Shown here piece by piece: positions 54,652-64,000 of a DNA stretch of 64,000 nt (within the stretch, counting starts at the first letter, position 1; the number at the start of each line of letters is the position of its first letter). A program made the translations under genes and the position numbers. The notes beneath the pieces are model-generated. The model was not told where the DNA came from and ran no database searches. It saw only the letters and a program-made list of their open reading frames with translations. Origin of the DNA: Gammaproteobacteria bacterium (GTDB lineage: Bacteria; Pseudomonadota; Gammaproteobacteria; GCA-001735895); assembly GCA_022340305.1 (NCBI GenBank), contig JAJDOF010000124.1, forward strand, positions 6,396 to 70,395, read 5' to 3'.

Positions 54652-55611
54652 TCAGTAGGAGCGGCTGAGTCGCAGGCCGAAACTGATGTCGGGTGCTGAT
54701 CCGACGAGGATATCTTCCGAGAAAAACAGATCCAGCCGATGATTGTCAATCAGCTTCAGAAAACCGAGCCCGAACTGGGCCTGTAGTGAATTTCCAAATG
54801 CCTTTAACTCACTGTTCTCGATGCTGCGTGAGTGCAGGTCGAATTGCAGCGTGCCCACAATTGACGGATCGAAGCGATAGTCTAAACCGACCTGGGCTAC
54901 CCAGATCTGGTCGACGAGTAAACCTTCCAGGTGGCCACCGTCACCGGGAAAGCTGACACCGAGTAAGGCAAATGTCCCTGTTTCCGCACCGACCTTGTTC
55001 TGATAACTAAGCCAAAACGCGGTATCGATGGCTTCATTGCCGCTGAAATCGGCGGCATCTCCGCTCGGCAGTTCGACTCCGACGAAGTAGGCAAACCTGT
55101 CATCCGCCTGGTAACCGACGGCCAGCGCGATATCGCCGAGTCCGCTGCTGGGTCTGTCCTGGTGATATACAACGGATCCGTCGCGTTGATAATCGATGTT
55201 GATGTCGTTGCGCGGAAACTTGTCGCGCCTGCCATCGGGTAAGCCGAAGAACTGATGCCAGCTATCGATAGTACTGTCAAGTTGCCCTGCCGAATTGCTG
55301 ACAAAAGGTAGATCCAGACGGGCCAGCCATCTATCCTGGCGATATCTCAGGCCGAGTTCATAACGATAGTTCTCGACGTCGATGATCAGGCTTTCGTCGC
55401 CCCTGGTGATTTCCTGCAGGGTATTGGTGATGTAGATGCTATGGTCTATTTTCCAGCCGTTTTGCGGATTGAAGGTAGCGAGCGTCGGCAGATAGATGGG
55501 TTGTAATATCGGGTTCAGGTCGCGGGTTGCGAAGCCGCCGTCGGCGCTGGCCTGGCCGCAGCTGAGTACAGCACCTAGCCAGGCAATCGCAACAGTTTTA
55601 GCCGGATTCAT
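54652..55611 (-). CDS. DUF3187-family exported (outer membrane-like) protein
   Basis: Signal peptide, [27 protein letters not shown]...APDISF; start uncertain (55611 or 55635). Confidence 0.75.
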   Translation of the reverse strand: MNPAKTVAIAWLGAVLSCGQASADGGFATRDLNPILQPIYLPTLATFNPQNGWKIDHSIYITNTLQEITRGDESLIIDVENYRYELGLRYRQDRWLARLDLPFVSNSAGQLDSTIDSWHQFFGLPDGRRDKFPRNDINIDYQRDGSVVYHQDRPSSGLGDIALAVGYQADDRFAYFVGVELPSGDAADFSGNEAIDTAFWLSYQNKVGAETGTFALLGVSFPGDGGHLEGLLVDQIWVAQVGLDYRFDPSIVGTLQFDLHSRSIENSELKAFGNSLQAQFGLGFLKLIDNHRLDLFFSEDILVGSAPDISFGLRLSRSY

Positions 55612-57193
55612 GATCGCCGTGTTCACGGGTTGCAAGAAATTCGATTTCTGGCCAACGTTCCTGCGTCATTGTCAGGTTCACCCGCGAGGGCGCGACATAG
55701 GCCAGGTCGCCAGCGTGGTCGAGGGCGAGATTACTGCGCAGCTTGTTTTTGAACTCTTCCAGTTTCTTGCCGTCTTTACTGCTTATCCAGCGCGCGGTGT
55801 TGACGTTGACTGCTTCAAACAGGCAATCGACGCCGTATTCGTCTTTGAGCCGATGCGCAACCACGTCGAACTGCAGGATACCGACCGCACCCAGGATCAG
55901 GTCGTTATTGGCGATCGGCCTGAATAATTGCGTTGCCCCTTCCTCGCACAGTTGGGTGAGGCCTTTTAGCAGCGCTTTCATTTTAAGTGGATCCTTGAGG
56001 CGGGCGCGACGAAACAACTCGGGCGCAAAGTTCGGCACGCCGGTGAAGGCGAGCTGCTCCCCCTGCGTGAAGCTGTCGCCTATGCGGATGGTGCCGTGAT
56101 TGTGGATGCCGATAATATCTCCGGCATGCGCTTCCTCGACGTGTCCCCGGTCAGCGGCGAAGAAGGTCAGCGCATCAGGAATTTTCATATCCTTGCCGAT
56201 ACGAACATGAAAAACTTTCATGCCGCGAGTGTACTTGCCGGAGCAAATGCGCATGAAAGCGATGCGATCGCGGTGTTGCTTGTCCATATTGGCCTGAATC
56301 TTGAACACGAAACCGGTCAGCTTATCCTCTTCTGGTTCGACCATGCGAGTTTTACTGGGGCGCGCTGTCGGCGACGGTGCAAAGTTATTAAAGGCGTCAA
56401 GCAGTTCGGCCATGCCGAAATTGTTAATTGCCGAGCCAAAGAATACCGGGCTTAATTCCCCGGCCAGGTAACGTTTGAGGTCGAAGTCGTCGGAAGCGCC
56501 GCGTACCAGCTCGATTTCCTCACGAAATTCAGCCGCTAGCGGGCCCAGTAATTCGTCCAGTTTCGGATTATCGAGCCCCTGTATGACTTCGCCAGCACTG
56601 ATCTTGTCAGCGGCGCTCGCCGAAAACAGGTGTACCGAATCGTTCAGCAGGTGAAACACGCCTTTCAGGCTTTTGCCCATACCGATAGGCCAGGTAATCG
56701 GGGCGCAGCGAATGTTGAGCACCGCTTCCACTTCGTCGAGCAATTCAATCGGATCGCGACCCTCGCGATCGAGTTTGTTGATGAAGGTGATAATCGGCGT
56801 GTCACGCAGGCGGCAGACCTCCATTAACTTGATGGTACGCTCCTCGACACCCTTGGCGCAGTCGATCACCATCAGCGCAGAATCGACTGCAGTCAGGGTG
56901 CGATAGGTATCTTCGGAAAAATCTTCGTGTCCGGGCGTATCCAGCAAGTTGATGATGCTGTCGCGATAGGGGAACTGCATCACCGACGAGGTCACCGAGA
57001 TACCGCGTTGCTTTTCCAGTTCCATCCAGTCGGAGGTGGCGTGCCTCGACGCCTTGCGACTTTTTACGGTACCGGCCATCTGGATGGCTTTACCAAACAG
57101 CAGCAGCTTCTCGGTGACCGTGGTTTTACCTGCGTCTGGATGCGAAATAATCGCAAAAGTGCGGCGCCGACGCATTTCATCAATGTCTGACAT
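55598..57193 (-). CDS. prfC: Peptide chain release factor 3
   Basis: [32 protein letters not shown]. Confidence 0.98.
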   Translation of the reverse strand: MSDIDEMRRRRTFAIISHPDAGKTTVTEKLLLFGKAIQMAGTVKSRKASRHATSDWMELEKQRGISVTSSVMQFPYRDSIINLLDTPGHEDFSEDTYRTLTAVDSALMVIDCAKGVEERTIKLMEVCRLRDTPIITFINKLDREGRDPIELLDEVEAVLNIRCAPITWPIGMGKSLKGVFHLLNDSVHLFSASAADKISAGEVIQGLDNPKLDELLGPLAAEFREEIELVRGASDDFDLKRYLAGELSPVFFGSAINNFGMAELLDAFNNFAPSPTARPSKTRMVEPEEDKLTGFVFKIQANMDKQHRDRIAFMRICSGKYTRGMKVFHVRIGKDMKIPDALTFFAADRGHVEEAHAGDIIGIHNHGTIRIGDSFTQGEQLAFTGVPNFAPELFRRARLKDPLKMKALLKGLTQLCEEGATQLFRPIANNDLILGAVGILQFDVVAHRLKDEYGVDCLFEAVNVNTARWISSKDGKKLEEFKNKLRSNLALDHAGDLAYVAPSRVNLTMTQERWPEIEFLATREHGDHESG

Positions 57194-57209
57194 TATTTAG
57201 GAATACCTG

Positions 57210-57701
57210 TTAATGAGGTTGGTCAGTGTCGGGTGCATCGCCTGCCGGGGAAATTTGCTTCGCAAACAGCAGTGCATCTTCGCGTCCAGTGGGTGCGGGG
57301 TAGTAATCTTTACGGCATCCGATCTCATTAAAACCCGCGTCATTATAGCAACTTATCGCCGCCGTATTACTGGGTCGAACTTCGAGCAGCATGGTTTGCG
57401 CTTGTTTTACTCGGGCCTCGTCGATCAGGAAATCGACGAATTGGCGACCATAACCTTTACCCTGATGGGCACGTGCAATCGACAGGTTGAGCATGTGGCT
57501 TTCGTCGCCGACGACACTGATGACCGCATGACCGATCATGGTTTGCTGTTGCAGACCGATCCAGCAGTAATAGCCCACACGGATACAGTCGCTGAAAATC
57601 TGTTCGCTCCAGGGGAACTCGTAAACCTCGCGTTCTACCTTCATCACCTGCCCGAGGTCGTCCAGCGTCATGCGTCGAAAGCGCAGCTCGGATTCCATCA
57701 T
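57210..57701 (-). CDS. rimI: Ribosomal protein S18 alanine N-acetyltransferase
   Basis: FPWS, LEVRPSN, RKDYYP..GREDA; start moved to ATG 57701. Confidence 0.93.
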   Translation of the reverse strand: MMESELRFRRMTLDDLGQVMKVEREVYEFPWSEQIFSDCIRVGYYCWIGLQQQTMIGHAVISVVGDESHMLNLSIARAHQGKGYGRQFVDFLIDEARVKQAQTMLLEVRPSNTAAISCYNDAGFNEIGCRKDYYPAPTGREDALLFAKQISPAGDAPDTDQPH

Positions 57702-58489
57702 TGCAGCATGCGGTGCAGCAGTTTCAGATCCTGCCAGGCGATTGCCTTGGCTGCCGGGCTGCGCAGTAAATAGGCAGGATGATAGGTTACCTTGACGGGT
57801 ATCTCGGTACCCGGTAGCTGGTGGATTTGCTGAATTAACTTGCCCACCGGCAAGTTGCTGTCGAGCAGGGTTTGCGCCGAGACGCGACCCACCGCAAGGA
57901 TGACCTTCGGCGCGATCTGTTTGATCTGGGCGTCCAGGTAAACCCGGCATTGTTGCGCCTCTTCAGACTTCGGGTCGCGATTGTTGGGGGGACGGCACTT
58001 GACGATATTGGTGATGTAAACCTGTTCGCGTGCGATACCGATAGCGGCCAGCATGCGATCGAGTAATTGTCCCGAACGGCCGACGAAAGGTTCGCCGCGA
58101 ATGTCTTCATCCTGGCCCGGCCCTTCGCCGATGATGAGTAGATCTGCCTCGCGGTCACCGACTCCAGGGACCTTCTGGGTACAGTTCTGCGACAGTTCAC
58201 AGGCACTGCATTGCTGTATCGCACCAATGATGGCATCCCAGTTGTCGAGTGGCGGAAGTTCGTAGGCTTGCGCAGGCACTGGCTGATCGGGGGCAGGGGC
58301 TATGCCTGCGAGACTTGACCGAGTCAACTTGAGTTCGCTGGTTGGTGTCGCGCTCGCTGCAAGCATGTCTGCGACAGCGGGTGCCGTTACCTGCGTGACA
58401 GCGCGCGAGCTTGCCTCAGCGGAGCTTCGATTGCACCACGATCGAATCCCGATGCCTTGCAGGCATTGCTGTTGTCGCAAGCTTAGCAT
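57698..58489 (-). CDS. Family 4 uracil-DNA glycosylase
   Basis: CSAC Fe-S motif, GEGPG, PFVGRSG, NIVKCRPP, YHPAYLLR. Confidence 0.95.
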   Translation of the reverse strand: MLSLRQQQCLQGIGIRSWCNRSSAEASSRAVTQVTAPAVADMLAASATPTSELKLTRSSLAGIAPAPDQPVPAQAYELPPLDNWDAIIGAIQQCSACELSQNCTQKVPGVGDREADLLIIGEGPGQDEDIRGEPFVGRSGQLLDRMLAAIGIAREQVYITNIVKCRPPNNRDPKSEEAQQCRVYLDAQIKQIAPKVILAVGRVSAQTLLDSNLPVGKLIQQIHQLPGTEIPVKVTYHPAYLLRSPAAKAIAWQDLKLLHRMLQ

Positions 58490-58495
58490 CGAAGA

Positions 58496-60043
58496 CTAGA
58501 CATCCCCGCGTTGCGGATGGGTGCGGCCACCGCTATTGATGACTTTGTTGAGCGCATTGATGTATGACTTGGCCGAGGCGATGACAATATCGGTATCGGC
58601 GCCCTGGCCGTTGACGACCTGACCGTTTTTTTCAACCCTGACGGTGACTTCGCCCTGTGAATCGGTGCCCGTGGTAATCGCATTGACCGAGTAGAGTTGC
58701 AATGCAACACCGACTGCGGTGAGTTTTTCGATCGCCTTGAAGCAGGCATCGACCGGACCATCGCCGATGGCCTCGGACTGTTGCTCGCTGCCATCGATGT
58801 TCAGTGTGATGCTGGCGCGCGGCACTTCGCCGGTTTCACTGCATACCCGCAGACTGACCAGTTTAATGGTTTCGTTTTCGTTTTCGAAAGTCGCCTCGTT
58901 CACCAGCGCCAGCAAATCCTCGTCAAAGATATCGTGCTTCTTGTCCGCCAGCGTCTTGAAGCGCGCAAACACTTCATTCAATTCTTCTTCGGAGTCGAAC
59001 TGAAAGTTCAATTCCGCCATGCGCGATTTAAAGGCGTTGCGTCCCGAATGCTTGCCGAGCACCAGTTTGTTAGTGCTCCAGCCCACGTCCTGGGCACGCA
59101 TGATTTCGTAGGTTTCACGCGATTTTAATACGCCGTCCTGATGAATGCCGGATTCATGAGCGAAGGCATTGGCGCCAACGATTGCCTTGTTGGGTTGCAC
59201 GCTGAAACCGGTAATCCCGGATACCAGTTTGGAGCAGTTCATGATCTGCGTGGTGTCGAGATCGCTGTCGCAGGGAAATACGTCCTGGCGGGTTCGCACC
59301 GCCATGACGATTTCCTCGAGCGAGGCATTGCCGGCGCGCTCACCCAGGCCGTTAATCGTACATTCGACCTGGCGCGCTCCGTTGATCACCGCCGATAGAG
59401 AATTACCGACCGCCAGGCCGAGGTCGTTATGGCAGTGCACCGAGAATATTGCTTTGTCAGAATTTGGAACACGTTCTATCAGGTCGCGGATCAGGTCGCC
59501 AAACTGGTGCGGCAGGTTGTAGCCAACGGTATCGGGAATATTGATCGTAGTCGCACCTGCGGCGATCACCGCTTCGATTACCCGGCAAAGAAAATCGGGT
59601 TCCGAGCGGCCCGCATCTTCGGGTGAAAACTCGATATTATCGGTGTATTGACGCGCCATGCGCACGGCCGCCACCGCGGCTTCGACCACCTGGTCCGGCG
59701 ACATACGCAATTTTTGCTGCATGTGAATCGGCGAGGTCGCCAGGAAAGTATGGATACGCCCGGAATTGGCGGAGCGGATCGCTTCGCCGGCACGTTCGAT
59801 GTCTACCTGCTTGGCGCGCGCCAGGGCGCAGACCGTGCTGTCCTTGACAATTTTGGCGACTGCTTTGACCGATGCGAAATCACCGTCGCTGGCGATCGGA
59901 AAGCCGGCTTCGATGATGTCGACTTTCATCAACTCAAGCGCGCGGGCGATGCGGACTTTTTCATCACGAGTCATGGATGCGCCCGGGCTCTGTTCGCCAT
60001 CGCGCAGGGTGGTGTCGAATATTATTAGCTTGTCCTTGTTCAT
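58496..60043 (-). CDS. leuA: 2-isopropylmalate synthase
   Basis: [32 protein letters not shown]. Confidence 0.98.
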   Translation of the reverse strand: MNKDKLIIFDTTLRDGEQSPGASMTRDEKVRIARALELMKVDIIEAGFPIASDGDFASVKAVAKIVKDSTVCALARAKQVDIERAGEAIRSANSGRIHTFLATSPIHMQQKLRMSPDQVVEAAVAAVRMARQYTDNIEFSPEDAGRSEPDFLCRVIEAVIAAGATTINIPDTVGYNLPHQFGDLIRDLIERVPNSDKAIFSVHCHNDLGLAVGNSLSAVINGARQVECTINGLGERAGNASLEEIVMAVRTRQDVFPCDSDLDTTQIMNCSKLVSGITGFSVQPNKAIVGANAFAHESGIHQDGVLKSRETYEIMRAQDVGWSTNKLVLGKHSGRNAFKSRMAELNFQFDSEEELNEVFARFKTLADKKHDIFDEDLLALVNEATFENENETIKLVSLRVCSETGEVPRASITLNIDGSEQQSEAIGDGPVDACFKAIEKLTAVGVALQLYSVNAITTGTDSQGEVTVRVEKNGQVVNGQGADTDIVIASAKSYINALNKVINSGGRTHPQRGDV

Positions 60044-60090
60044 CGCTGTCTCTTTTGTTGAGTCCCTGGCAGAAATCTACTGTGGTTTAG

Positions 60091-60216
60091 CTATTCGTCA
60101 TACGTTTTCGTGCCAGCTTCAGGGCAGCAGAGGGGTGGCAGGGGTTGTGGTCCTGGTTCAGGCACTGCTTCAGACCGGCTGTGAACACAATGCAAAGGTC
60201 GCAGTAGCAATTGCAT
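60091..60216 (-). CDS. Putative leucine-rich leader peptide (41 aa) upstream of leuA
   Basis: MQLLLRPLHCVH...; Leu codons TTG CTA CTG at 3-5 and TTG at 8; stop 47 nt before leuA ATG. Confidence 0.5.
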   Translation of the reverse strand: MQLLLRPLHCVHSRSEAVPEPGPQPLPPLCCPEAGTKTYDE

Positions 60217-60223
60217 GGCTGGA

Positions 60224-60252
60224 AATATAGCCAAGTCCGCGAGGCTTGCCAA
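60224..60252 (-). promoter_or_regulatory. Putative sigma70 promoter of leuA leader
   Basis: TTGGCA-N17-TATATT, 7 nt upstream of leader ATG. Confidence 0.6.
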
Positions 60253-60266
60253 GCAAAATCTTGAGC

Positions 60267-61067
60267 TCAGGGTTCGGCTTTCGATTCCCCGCCGGATTCC
60301 GCCAGGCGCATGCGTTTGCGGTTCCAGCGAAACAGGGAGGTAACCGGCCCCGACATCATGTACAGGAAGAAAAAAGCAAACAGTACGGTGGCCGGGCGCA
60401 GCGACAGAAACACGAAAACCAGGATCGCCGCGAGCAGCGTGACAAAAGGCACCTTTTCGCGCAGGTCCAGATCCTTGAAGCTGTAATAGGAAAAGCGGGA
60501 CACCATGAGCAGGCCCGCGGTAAGCGTTAGCAGCAGCGCGCCGTAAGTAACATCCGTTCCGCGAATATGGTAACTCTCACAAAACCACACCGCGCCCATC
60601 ACCACGGCGGCGGCAGCCGGACTCGCCAGGCCCTGGAAATAGCGCTTGTCGGCGGTACCTATCTGGGTGTTGAAACGCGCCAGTCGCAACGCGGTCGCGG
60701 TGGCGTAGATGAAGGCTGCCATCCAGCCGATTTTACCCATGAAGTTGGATACATCGCGCAGGTAAACCAATGACCACATATAGACGACGAGTGCCGGTGC
60801 GACACCGAAAGATACCATGTCGGACAGGCTGTCGAACTCGGCACCGAAAGCTGACTGGGTATTGGTCAGGCGCGCCACGCGACCGTCCAGGCCATCGAGT
60901 AATCCGGCGATGAATATTGCCGTTGCGGCGATTTCAAAGTGGCCATTCATCGCCGCGATGATCGCGTAAAAGCCGGCAAACAGCGCACCCGTGGTGAACA
61001 GGTTAGGCAGCAAGAATATGCCCCTGGGCATATTCTTGCGTGTTTCTTTAGGATTGCTATCGTCCAT
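60267..61067 (-). CDS. pssA: CDP-diacylglycerol--serine O-phosphatidyltransferase
   Basis: LPNLFT, DGLDGRVAR, DSLSDMVSFGVAP, LRLARFN. Confidence 0.96.
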   Translation of the reverse strand: MDDSNPKETRKNMPRGIFLLPNLFTTGALFAGFYAIIAAMNGHFEIAATAIFIAGLLDGLDGRVARLTNTQSAFGAEFDSLSDMVSFGVAPALVVYMWSLVYLRDVSNFMGKIGWMAAFIYATATALRLARFNTQIGTADKRYFQGLASPAAAAVVMGAVWFCESYHIRGTDVTYGALLLTLTAGLLMVSRFSYYSFKDLDLREKVPFVTLLAAILVFVFLSLRPATVLFAFFFLYMMSGPVTSLFRWNRKRMRLAESGGESKAEP

Positions 61068-61143
61068 TGGTATCGCCTGTCAGCACCGCTTGTTCAGATC
61101 GTCGGTCACTAGAGCCCGGGATCGGGACTCGGTGATAATGCGA

Positions 61144-62199
<1,056 letters not shown>

Positions 62200-62230
62200 T
62201 TAAAGTCGTAACTGGAATATCGTAAAGGGA

Positions 62231-62725
62231 TTACAGGGTCAGCGCTTTTTCACCGCGAAGTATACCCATCGAGCCGGAACGTACCACTTCGACGATGTTG
62301 TTTTCGTGCATCGCCTTGATGTAGGCGTCGAGCTTGTCGCCGGAACCGGTTAACTCGATGCAAAAGGTGGTATCGGTAACGTCAATGATGCGTGCGCGAA
62401 AAATATCGGACAGGCGATGAATTTCTGCGCGCTTGGATTCACCATCGGCCTTTACCTTGACGAACATCATTTCACGTTCAATGAAATTGCCTTCGGTCAT
62501 GTCCTGCAATTTGACCACGTCGACCAGCTTGTTCAATTGCTTGGTAATCTGCTCGATAATGCGATCCGAACCGGTGGTGATGATAGTCATGCGCGATAGC
62601 GTGGAATCCTCGGTAGTCGCCACGGTCAGCGACTCGATGTTGTAACCGCGCGCGGAGAACAGACCCGATATGCGTGATAGTGCGCCGGCCTCGTTTTCGA
62701 CCAGCAGGGAGACGATATGCCGCAT
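62231..62725 (-). CDS. ilvH: Acetolactate synthase small subunit
   Basis: VENEAGALSRISGLFSARGYNIESL. Confidence 0.96.
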   Translation of the reverse strand: MRHIVSLLVENEAGALSRISGLFSARGYNIESLTVATTEDSTLSRMTIITTGSDRIIEQITKQLNKLVDVVKLQDMTEGNFIEREMMFVKVKADGESKRAEIHRLSDIFRARIIDVTDTTFCIELTGSGDKLDAYIKAMHENNIVEVVRSGSMGILRGEKALTL

Positions 62726-64000
62726 TAGACCAGTTCTCCTTTAGCCTTCAGCGAAGCCTGTTTCAGTTGCTGTAGTGGTGATATATCCATTTCATTGTGG
62801 GCCTTGCCCGCCGAAATCATCGGGTAAACGTTGGCTTCCTGGTCGGTAATGATGTCGAGGAAGACGGTACGATCCTTCAGCTTGAACGCCTCTACCATCG
62901 CGTCGTGTAAATCCGCTGGTTTATCGACCTGTATGCCGACGTGGCCATAGGCCTCTGCCAGCTTGACAAAATCGGGCAACGAATCCATGTACACATGCGA
63001 ATAACGTTTCTCGTAAAAGAATTCCTGCCACTGGCGCACCATGCCGAGATAGCGATTGTTGAGGTTGATAATTTTTACCGGGGTTTTGTATTGCAGGCAG
63101 GTGGACAATTCCTGTATGCACATTTGTATGCTGCCTTCGCCGGTAATGCAGGCCACGTCCTTGTCTGGAAAGGCCAGCTTGACCCCCATCGCCGCGGGCA
63201 GGCCGAAGCCCATGGTACCGAGACCGCCGGAATTGATCCAGCGACGCGGCTTGTCAAACGGATAGAACTGCGCCGCGTACATCTGGTGCTGGCCGACATC
63301 CGAGGTGATATAGGCATCGCCCTTGGTGACCCGGTAAAGCTCTTCTACCGCGGCCTGGGGCTGGATCAGTTCGCTGGTCTTGTCATAGGCAAAGCTGTCC
63401 TGCGATTGCCAGGCGGCGATTCGTTTCCACCAGGCATCGATTGCGCTCTTGTCGATCTTCAGCTCGGTCTTGTCGAGTGCCTTGAGCATCTCGGTGAGCA
63501 CTTGCCTGGCACCGCCTACGATCGGCACATCGGCATTAATCGTTTTGGATATCGAGGCGGGATCGATATCGACGTGAATGATCTGTGCATAAGGACAGAA
63601 CTTGCTGGTGACGCCGGTAATGCGGTCATCGAAGCGTGCACCGATACAAAATAAAACATCGCATTCGTGCATCGCCATATTGGCTTCGTAGGTTCCGTGC
63701 ATGCCGAGCATGCCGATAAACTGCGGGTCTGTGCCGGGAAAAGCACCAAGCCCCATCAGGGTTTGCGTGATCGGATAGCCGAGCTTGCGTACGAATTTGC
63801 GTAATTCCTCGGAGGCCTCTCCCATGATGATCCCGCCCCCGCTATAAATCATCGGACGCTTGGCGCCGAGCAACAGTTCGAGCGCGCGTTTGATCTGGCG
63901 CGGATGCCCTTTGAAATTGGGATTGTAAGAGCGCATCTCGATCTTTTCCGGGTAAACATAGGGGATCTTGATGTGTGGCGCGGTGATGTCTTTGGGAATA
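62725..64000 (-). CDS. ilvI: Acetolactate synthase large subunit, C-terminal part (start beyond window)
   Basis: GMLGMHG, GARFDDR, SDVGQHQM, SGGLGTMGFGLPAA, GMVRQWQ. Confidence 0.97.
   Translation of the reverse strand, partial: IPKDITAPHIKIPYVYPEKIEMRSYNPNFKGHPRQIKRALELLLGAKRPMIYSGGGIIMGEASEELRKFVRKLGYPITQTLMGLGAFPGTDPQFIGMLGMHGTYEANMAMHECDVLFCIGARFDDRITGVTSKFCPYAQIIHVDIDPASISKTINADVPIVGGARQVLTEMLKALDKTELKIDKSAIDAWWKRIAAWQSQDSFAYDKTSELIQPQAAVEELYRVTKGDAYITSDVGQHQMYAAQFYPFDKPRRWINSGGLGTMGFGLPAAMGVKLAFPDKDVACITGEGSIQMCIQELSTCLQYKTPVKIINLNNRYLGMVRQWQEFFYEKRYSHVYMDSLPDFVKLAEAYGHVGIQVDKPADLHDAMVEAFKLKDRTVFLDIITDQEANVYPMISAGKAHNEMDISPLQQLKQASLKAKGELV

Noticed and set aside
54459-54749. 96-aa minus-strand ORF between DUF3187 and plsB
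   Set aside because: Starts inside the DUF3187 gene and has no independent start codon in the gap.

Overview
Mostly core chromosome of a Gammaproteobacterium (lineage inferred from gene content and order). It carries frdA (partial), sdaA-gcvP, aroC, pmbA, purMN/hda, proS, dapA-bamC, folE2, dxs-ispA-xseB-radA, ffh, rpsP-rimM-trmD-rplS, htpG, plsB, prfC-rimI-udg and leuA-pssA-ilvC-ilvH-ilvI (partial). I saw no tRNA, rRNA, CRISPR array, transposase or prophage genes. Four things stand out. (1) A bufferin-like RiPP cluster: a six-Cys exported precursor, a DUF692/MNIO enzyme and a DUF2063 partner. It has no DoxX gene or sigma factor beside it, but has a sigmaE-type promoter and a strong internal terminator. 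(2) Two non-autonomous hairpin elements (MITE-like). One is a clean TA-duplicating insertion that splits a gamma-glutamylcyclotransferase gene; the other sits in the predicted rpsP operon 5' UTR. Their terminal repeats are unrelated, yet they share three short motifs at equivalent hairpin positions. (3) A predicted leaderless Leu-rich leader ORF upstream of leuA. (4) A CGTC-type REP cluster and a possible attenuator in the folE2 leader. All family assignments come from motif recognition by eye; no database searches were run.
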